This document shows positions 41,801 to 50,800 of a stretch of 64,000 nucleotides of DNA, piece after piece; within the stretch, counting starts at the first letter, position 1; each line of letters starts with the position of its first letter. A program made the position numbers and the translations under genes. The stretch spans positions 64,001 through 128,000 of IMG/VR virus record IMGVR_UViG_3300035498_000530; one strand, given 5' to 3'. The notes under the pieces are model-generated. The model had not been told where the DNA came from, made no database searches, and worked only from the letters and a program-made list of their open reading frames with translations. Source of the stretch: a virus (taxonomy: Duplodnaviria; Caudoviricetes).

Positions 41801-44800
41801 TGAAAAAGTTAGTACAAATGTTAAAAATATTACTGAAACAGTTTCAAAAACAGCAAAAGATGCTTTTGAAAAACTCGGTAAAAATGTTAAAAATATTACT
41901 GAAACTGTATCTAAAGCTACAAAAGAAACTTTAGAAAAAGCTAGTAAAAGTATAAAGTCTGGTGCTGAGATTGCTGGAAACTTCATAAAAGAAAAAGCTG
42001 GAAATATAAAGGCTGGAGCAGAAGCAATAGGATCTAAAGTAAAATCTGGTGCTGAAGCTGCTGGTAAAGCTATAAAAGAAGGAGCAGAGAAAGCAAAAGC
42101 TGGAGTTAATGCTGTAAAAGAAAAAGCTGGAAAAATTGCAGAAGATGTTGCTAATTCTGATGCAGTAAAGGCTATGAAAAATGCAGCAGAAAATGTACAA
42201 GATTTAGCAGCTGGTACAAAAGATATGATAAGTGGTATATCAGAAGATATGAAATCAGTTGCTAAAGATAGTAAATCTGTTGTAGAAGAAGCTACCAAGA
42301 GTACAAATATTGTAGAAGGGGCTTCAGACGTTATAAATACAACAACTAAAAATATTGATGACGTCACAAAAGTAGCAGCAGAAAATGCATCTGAAATAGC
42401 TAGTGCTGCAACTAGTGAAGTTGATGATGTAATAAAGAATGCTGCTGAGAATGCTCCAGAAACTGCGGCAAATGCAGCTAAAAACAATGCTGATGATGTT
42501 GTTAAGAATGCTACAAAAGAAGCTGATGATGTAGCAAAAGCAGCAAAAGGAAAAACAGATGATATCATAAAAGGTGCTACTGAAGGTGCTGATGATGTAG
42601 TCAAAGCAGCCAAAGGTCAAACTGATGATATTGTGAAGACAGCTGCTGAAAATGCTGATGATATTGCTAAAGCTGCAAAAGGACAAACTGATAATATCTT
42701 GAAGGGTGCTGAATCTACTATTACTAGTGGTGCAGAAAGTGCATTAGATGTAGCGAAGAGTCAAATGGATAACGCTGCAGAAGCAATAGCTGGATCAAGT
42801 GCTACTGATGTATTAAAAGATGCAGCTAGTGCTGCAGAAGCAGCTGCATCTAATTCAAAGAGTTTATTGGATGATGTTGCTAAGGGTGCAGTTGATATAG
42901 TTGAAAACGCTAATATAGGTACTGAAGTTGCTAATGTTGCTAAAGAAGCATTAGAATCAGGTAGTAAAGAAACTGTAGAAGCAGCTGCAAAAGAAGCTGT
43001 TGAGCATGGAACAGAAGAGTTGATTGAAACTGGATCTGGTGGTGTTATAAAGAAATTTATGACATTCATTAAAGATGGTTTTGCTAAACTTGCAAAAAAT
43101 CCAAAAGTTGCCAAAGCACTTGGTAAAGAGGGTGCTGAAGGTATGGAGAAATTTGCTGAAGCTGCAGCCAAAGAAGCAGCTGAACAAGGCTCAAAGCAAT
43201 TAACTAAAGAAGCAGAAAAGAAGTTAAGTGTAAAAATGGCTACTTGGCTTGCATCTGGTGGTCTTATTAACTTAGGTTTTGCTGTTGTCGACTTCCTTAA
43301 TGGTTATAATGATGCTGCTGCAATTCTTGGTATTGATAAACCTGATGTAGTATCTAAGGTATTGGCTGGTACTTATAATGCTGCTAAGAACTTCTTCATG
43401 CTTACTGCATTGATACCAGACAGCGTAGTATTTACGCTTTTACAGGACTATCTTTGTCCTGCATTTGGTATAGATACAACAGAATGGCAAAATGCTCAAG
43501 ATAGTGCAGAACAAGATTGGCTTAATTATAATCATAAAATGGGATTCTCTCATACAGAAACAAATGAAAACGGTGAAGAAGAAGAAGTAATTGATAATGA
43601 AGAAGGATACCTTAGTAAAGAGGATTATCTTAGAAAGAAAAATGATAATGCTTGGAACAAAGGCAAACGTGCATTATCAGAAACAGTTGGTAAAGTAACA
43701 AGTAAAGTTGCTGATACATATAAAAATAATGCTAAAGGCGCTGCTATTGGTGCTGGTGTTGGTGCTATAGCTGGTGGTGCAATTGGTGCTGCTCTTGGTG
43801 GTCCTTTGGGTGCCGCTATTGGTGGAGCTGCTGGTGCTGCTCTTGGTTCTCTTGGTGGTGCATTTATATCAGATTTCTGTAAAAAGAATGAAGGTGTTCC
43901 TTATTATCCAGTAAATGGTAATGGTTCATACTATCTTGTAACCAATGGTAAAGTAGAGCAATATAGTTCTACAGGTGAAAAGATTGAAGGACTTCCAGAA
44001 GTAACTCCAGAAGAACTTCTCCAAATGGAAACAAATGGTGAAGTTACAGCTGGTGCAACAATTGTAAAAGAAAGTAAAGCTGCTTCTTTAAGTACTAAAT
44101 TTGCTGAATTTACAGAAAAGCATAAGGCTTTATGGACTGCTGCTTCTGTAGCTATTGGTATAGCAAATCCTGCTCTTGGTGCTGCGATGCTTGCTGCTCC
44201 TAAAGTTATAAAAGCATTTAAATCTAAGAGTGGATATCCATACTATCTTAGTGATGGTACTTACTTTGTTCAAGATGGAGAAACTGTAAGATATTTTTCA
44301 TCTGCTGGTGAAGAAATAGAAGGATTCAACTTTAGAAAAGAAATTATGGATAATGGTTGGATTGAGAATGCTGATTCTACACAGTTAGGTAAAATGTCTG
44401 ATGGTGAACTTCTTGGTATACTTATTAAGAGTGGTGCTGTTAAACAAGGTGACAAAGTAATTAAATTTGAGAAATCCACTGTTGGTAAAGCATTTGATAA
44501 AGTAGCTGAAGCCGGTAAGAAATACTGGAATAAGCTTATGGAATTTGAGGATAAGCATCCTTTATTAGCTGCTGCAATTAATACACTCAATCCTACTGTT
44601 GGTATACTTCGTGCAGTTACTGCATTCAAAGCTAAGAAAGGATATCCATATTATATAAGTGAATTACAAGATGGTGAATACTTTGTTCTTGATGGAGATA
44701 AAGTTAGATATTTCTCAGCTACCGGTGAAGAAGTAGAAGACTTTAACTTCAGAGAATGGGCTTTGGAAAATTATGAAGATGCAAGCTCAGATGGAAATCT

Positions 44801-47800
44801 TAAAAAGAAATTATCAAGCATGACAGAAGAAGAAATCTTGATGAGTATGGCTAATACTGGTCAGCTTACTAGAGGTGATAAGAAAGTAACTATAGAAAAA
44901 TCTAGGGTTGCTAAGTCATGGGATAAGATAAAAGATACTATTAAAAAAGCATGGGATGTGGCAAATAAAACTGCTGAAATGACTGATGAGGAATTTAATA
45001 AATATATTAAAGATAAAGGACTTGGTGGTCAGATAGCAGCTGTTGGCTTAAGATGCTTTGGTAAAATTAAAAATGGTCTTAAGAATTTCTTTACATCTGA
45101 TAAGGAAGACGGATTTATCAATGTTCAAGATGGTACAGGATATATTATTAAAGATGATGGTACTGTAGAAGTATATAGTAAATCCGGTGAAAAGATGGGT
45201 GATGTTACTCTTACTGAAGATGAAATATATGATATGAGAACATCTGGTCTTGTTACAGTAGGAAAAGTTACAACAAGAGAATCTGGTCTTGGTAAGCTTT
45301 GGGGCAAAGTTACAGAAAAGGTTGGAGAACTGTGGAATGATGCCAAAGATTATGTATCAAAAACATATGAAGAATATGGTGTAATTGGTGGCACCATGAA
45401 GATATATAAAGATGCACGTAAAAAGTTCTTCCAAGGTGCATTCGGTATTGATGAAACATTAAAGGCCGGAGAATGCTTTGTTGCTATGGATGGTACATTC
45501 TATGCTGAAGATGATACTCCTGGTAATTGGAGTCATTATGATTTAAATGGTCGTAAAGTTGGAGTCAAAACATATACTCAAGAAGAAATCAATGGAATGA
45601 TTAGCCAGGGTTTGCTTACAAAGAGTACTGAAAAGAAAACAATTAAAAAAGATTCAAACTTTATGGCTGTTGCAAAGAAGCTTACCTTAAAACTTGCAGA
45701 CGCATGGGATGCTGGTAAAGAGCACCTTTCAGCAATGCTTAAGGATACAGAACTTGGATATTTCTTACAAGAAGCAAAGAAAGGTATTACTGGCTGGTTT
45801 GGTACTCATACAGTTGATGGCGCATATGTAGCTCCTGACGGTTCATATTATGTTGAACTTGAAAGTGGTGTAGTAGAATACTACAATATACAAGGTAATA
45901 AATTAAAGAACTTAACAAAAGAAGAATTTAGTAGTATGAAGGGACTACTTCAGTATATGACTCCAGAAGAGGCCAAAGAAGCTGGTTTTACTTCAGCTAT
46001 GACTCAAGATGCAGCAGGAGCATCAATGTGGGGAGAACTTGGAACTAGAATCAGAGGAACATTCGAGAAAGGTTTCAAAAAAGCATATGAATTTTTTGAT
46101 AATCTTGGTGAAGGTATATCTGATTGGGCTATAAATCTTAGTGAATCTCTTAGTATTGCTGGTGATAGTGCTTGGGTTACTACATATGGTGACTATTACA
46201 TGAAAGGTTCTAGTGGCGAATGGATACGTTATAATGTAACTGGTAGTGTTATAGAAAAAGGTGTAGATGCTGGGGTTGTAGAGAAAATGATAGAGCGTGG
46301 TGCCCTTACAGAAAAAAAGGATGTTCACCCTATCAAAGATGCAATTGGTGGATTCTGGGACGATCTTACTACTAATGTAGCAGATTGGATGGAAGGAATT
46401 GCAACTGCTGCTAAAGAGGCATGGAAAACTGCAGTAGATGGAATAACAGCTTGGTTTAAAAATACATTCCAATCAAAATCTGATAGAATTAATGAATCTG
46501 TTGTTGCTGCAAATCTTAAAGGAACTTATATAGATGCTACAGGTGTATTGTACAAGCCAGGTAGTAATGGTAATTTCACTATGTATAATGCTGTAGGTGC
46601 AAATATTGGTACTTGTACAGCTAATGATATGGCTGATAAACTTACTAGTGGACAGCTTACAGAAGCCAAGTCAACAGATACGGTAGAAAGCAGAAAGAAA
46701 ACAGCACAAGATAATGCAACTAAAGCTGCAACAGATACTGCAGGTAGTTTTAATAGTACTGCTACAGAAACATCAACTGGTACTGGTAATATTTTCAGTA
46801 AAATGAAAACAAAATTTAAATCATTATTTGGCTCAGGAAAAGGTGATTCTACTTATAATATTACATATCAATATGGTACTGGTAATCCTAGAATACGTTA
46901 TGGAAAAGCTAAATATGGTATGGGAGCTAGTGCTAGAGTTGCAGGAGAAGCTCCAGATGATGTAGCTGGTGAAATTGGAAATGTTGAAGTTGTAGCAGCA
47001 GCAATGTTTAACAGTATGAAAAAGACTGATCAAAAAGCTGCTATAAAAGCATCTAAGATATCTAGCTATGGTGATAGAGAATACGGTATGGGCAAGAGAC
47101 CAAGATATGGTACTGCTAAACCTGGTCAAGATAAGATGATGAATTATAGTGGAGTATCTTATAATGCTCCAGGAGATACAATTCGTCAGACTATTGGAGA
47201 TTCTGGTTGTGGTGTTGTAGCTGGTGTAAATGCTGTAAACTCTATAGCAGGAAGTAATCAGGCTAATGTAAAAGATGCAGCTAATATGTCTATTAAGAAT
47301 GGTTTCAAGGAGAAAGATGGCGGCACAAAACCAGCATTCTTTAAGAAATTATTTAAAGATAATGGTATTAGTTCTTCTATGTCTGAAAATAAGAATACTA
47401 TTGAAAGTAACCTTAAGAGCGGAAAACCTACTGTTCTTATGGGTATTAATAAAAATAGTGGTCTTAGAACTCCTTATGGTAGTGAAAATCCACACTATGT
47501 GCTTGCTACTGGTATTGATAAATCTGGTAAAATGATTGTTCAAGATCCTCAAGAATCATCATCTAATCAGAAATTTAATACTAAAGATGTACTTAGTAAG
47601 ACTCAGTTTGGTATTAGTACTAATAATTCTGTATTTGGTACTGGTGATAATGGATATGAGTTTACTCCTAAGAAAGAGTCAGATAGTATTATTGATTATG
47701 GTACTGGTGAAGATACAGTTGGATTTGTTAATCCTATGATCAACGTAGATGATCCTAAATCTGGAACCACTCCTTATGGCGAAATACAAAGAAAATCTGG

Positions 47801-50800
47801 TATGGGCGGCGGTGAAATCGGTGATACCGAAACCAATGCTAAGAAGATCTATAAAGTATTGAGTGAACTTGGAGTTCCTGATATTAATATAGCTGGTTGT
47901 CTTGGTAACTGGCAACACGAATCCGGAATCGACCCTACTGGTGTAGAAGGCGTATATACAGAAAAATTCCAGATGGGTCCAAAGAAAACTGCTGCTATGG
48001 CCGATCATGCAAATTATACTCAAAAATTATTTGGTATGTATAAGTTCTCTGTTAACAGAAAAGCTTATATAGGTGATGATGGTCAGTATTGGCCTGGTAT
48101 TGGTCTTGGTGGTTTTACTGGTCCTGCTGCAACGAAGTTAATGAATGATGCAAAATCAAATGGATTAGACTGGTATACAATGGATGAGCAGATTAAATAT
48201 GCTACTAATCCAAGTGTAGGTTATAGACCTGGATTTTTCCAGAAGTGGACAACACCTGCAGCTAGTACTGCAGCAGCAGCTAAATACTTCTTGAATAAAT
48301 GGGAAGGATGCTCTGTAATAGCACTTGACAAGAGACAAGCTAATGCAGCAAATTGGTATAATAAGATGAAAGATAGTAGTTGGGTTAGTGCAGCCAAAGC
48401 AATGGTTATTGGTGGCAATAATAGTTCTTCTTCATCTAGTTCTTCATCATCAGGAAGTGGTGGAATAGTTTCAGTTGATATTAAAGAAGACCTTCTTCCA
48501 AAGAGTAGTCTTCATAGACCTGGAGATTCTATAACACCTACAATGGTTGTAGTTCATTATACAGGTACTCCTGGTGGTACAGCTGCTAATATTAGATCAT
48601 ATTTTGCAAAGGTAGATAAGTCTGTATCTTCACATTATGTAGTAGGTCTTGATGGTGAAATATTAAGACTTATTCCAGAAAATGAAATATCATATGCTAG
48701 TAATGATGAAAATAATACTAGTATTAGTATTGAAACTTGCCATCCAGATGAGACAGGTAAGTTTAATGATGTTACAGAATCAAAACTTATTGATCTTTGT
48801 GCTAATATCTGTGGTAGACACAATTTCAATCCAGAAAGTGCTATTATAAGGCATTATGACTGTCATAAGAATGGTACTCCATATCAGAAGTGCTGTCCAA
48901 GATGGTGGTCACCAAATGGTCCTAATAAGAATGCTGATGCAGACTTTGCTGCATTCAAAGCTAAAGTTAAAGCAAAGATGGATGAAGCTGCAGCTTCTGG
49001 TAGTAGTTCATCAAGTTCAACTACAGAAACTAAGTCTACTCCAACTACAATTTATGATAAAGCATTTGCTCCATTTACAGAACTGGCTTCAAAGATTACA
49101 ACTGAATCTGGTAATGTTGCTACTTCTTTGGGCAAAGCATTTGGTGAAGATGTATTTGGATCTGACTTGTTGGCTGAACTTGGTATTAGCGGAAGCTCTA
49201 CTAAGACTGAAACAACAACAGAATCTACAACAACAGATAGTACATCAACAAGTGGTAGTGCAGCTGGCAAAATTCCAGATGGTACTGCAGATGCATTGCA
49301 GGATTGGGCATTCTATAGACAAGGTGATCCACGTTGGAAAGCAAAACCATATTCTGGTGGTACATATAGTAGTAGTGCATGTGGACCAACATCATTTGCT
49401 ATGATTACAACTGGTCTTCTTGGTAATAGATACTATCCTACAGAATTCCCTCCAAAATACGGAACAACTGTCGGTACAACAGATCATAGTGGTTTTGCAA
49501 GAGCTGGTAAAGATTATGGTATTGAACAGACAGCTACTTGGGGTAGTAATGGCCCTAATAGTGTTCTTACTGATACTGGTTTGAAACAGTATAAATCTGA
49601 GATTGATGCTGGACATCCGGTAATCTTTAGTGGTACTAAATGGTCATCAGGTGATAGAGGAACTGGATCATCACCTTTCACTAGTGCTGGTCACTTTGTA
49701 GTTTCACAAGGTTATATATCTGACTCTAGTGGAAATATAAAGGGTATTATTATTAATGACCCTGCTAATAAGTCTGGTGTATATGAAAACCTTGCTGCTA
49801 TGAAACAAGATACTAAGAAAGCATTTGCATTCACATTATCTGATAAATCTAAAGCTCCTACACCTAGTAGTGGTGATAGTCCATTCCCATCATGTCAGAC
49901 AGTTAAGGGTGCTTGGGCTACAGGAACTGCAAGTACATCAACAGATTCTTCAAATTCAGGTACCACTTCAACAAAGAAAGCATCTGAATGGTTTACTAGT
50001 CTTGAAGGATTTAATAATGTTTCTTCAGGATATGGTCCTAGAAATATTGGTAATGGTAATGAATTCCATAATGGTATTGATATTGCTGCTGCTAAAAATG
50101 CTAAGATCAGAACTCCTATAGGAGGAACAATAGAACTTTATAGAACAGAAGCACAATCTAATGGTTATGGTAATGAAGCTGTTCTTAAAGATGCTAAAGG
50201 TATGTATCACTGGTTCTGCCATATGACATCTAGTGCCGTTAAGCAGGGAGATACAGTTAAGGCTAATGATATAATTGGTTATGTCGGTAGCACTGGTCAG
50301 AGTACTGGTAACCATTTACATTATACAATTTCATCACAGCCAAAAGGAAACCATTCAACAGGCGGCGATATAGATCCTGATACATATAGTTACACTTCAG
50401 CGGCTAGTGGTACAGGAAAGAAGAACAATATCGTTACTGCTGGTATGGGTGTTAAGAAAGCTATATATGGTTTAGGAAAACTTACTCCAGAGCAAGCTTT
50501 GAATATAGATACTACAGCAACCGAACCTTCTGGCTCAGACTCTATAACACCATATAGTAGTCTTAGTAGTCAAGATAAGAAAGTTGTAAATGAATATGAT
50601 AAGATGCCTGGACACAAGAATTATAATGCATCATCATTCAACCATATTAACTCCAGTCCAACTGCAGTTGGTGGTAGTACATATGATGGTATTGATTATA
50701 CTGGATTGCTTAATATGGTTATCAGCCTTCTTCAGCAGATAACTAATAATACAAGCCAGTTGTCAAATCTTACAACTATAATAGACTTGCTTTCACAGCA

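Noticed and set aside
30100-50315. Many short ORFs overlapping the 7033-aa gene (e.g. 41729..42613 minus, 48856..49404 plus)
   Set aside because: Shadow or out-of-frame ORFs caused by codon bias and Ala/Lys/Glu repeats; no SD or promoter evident
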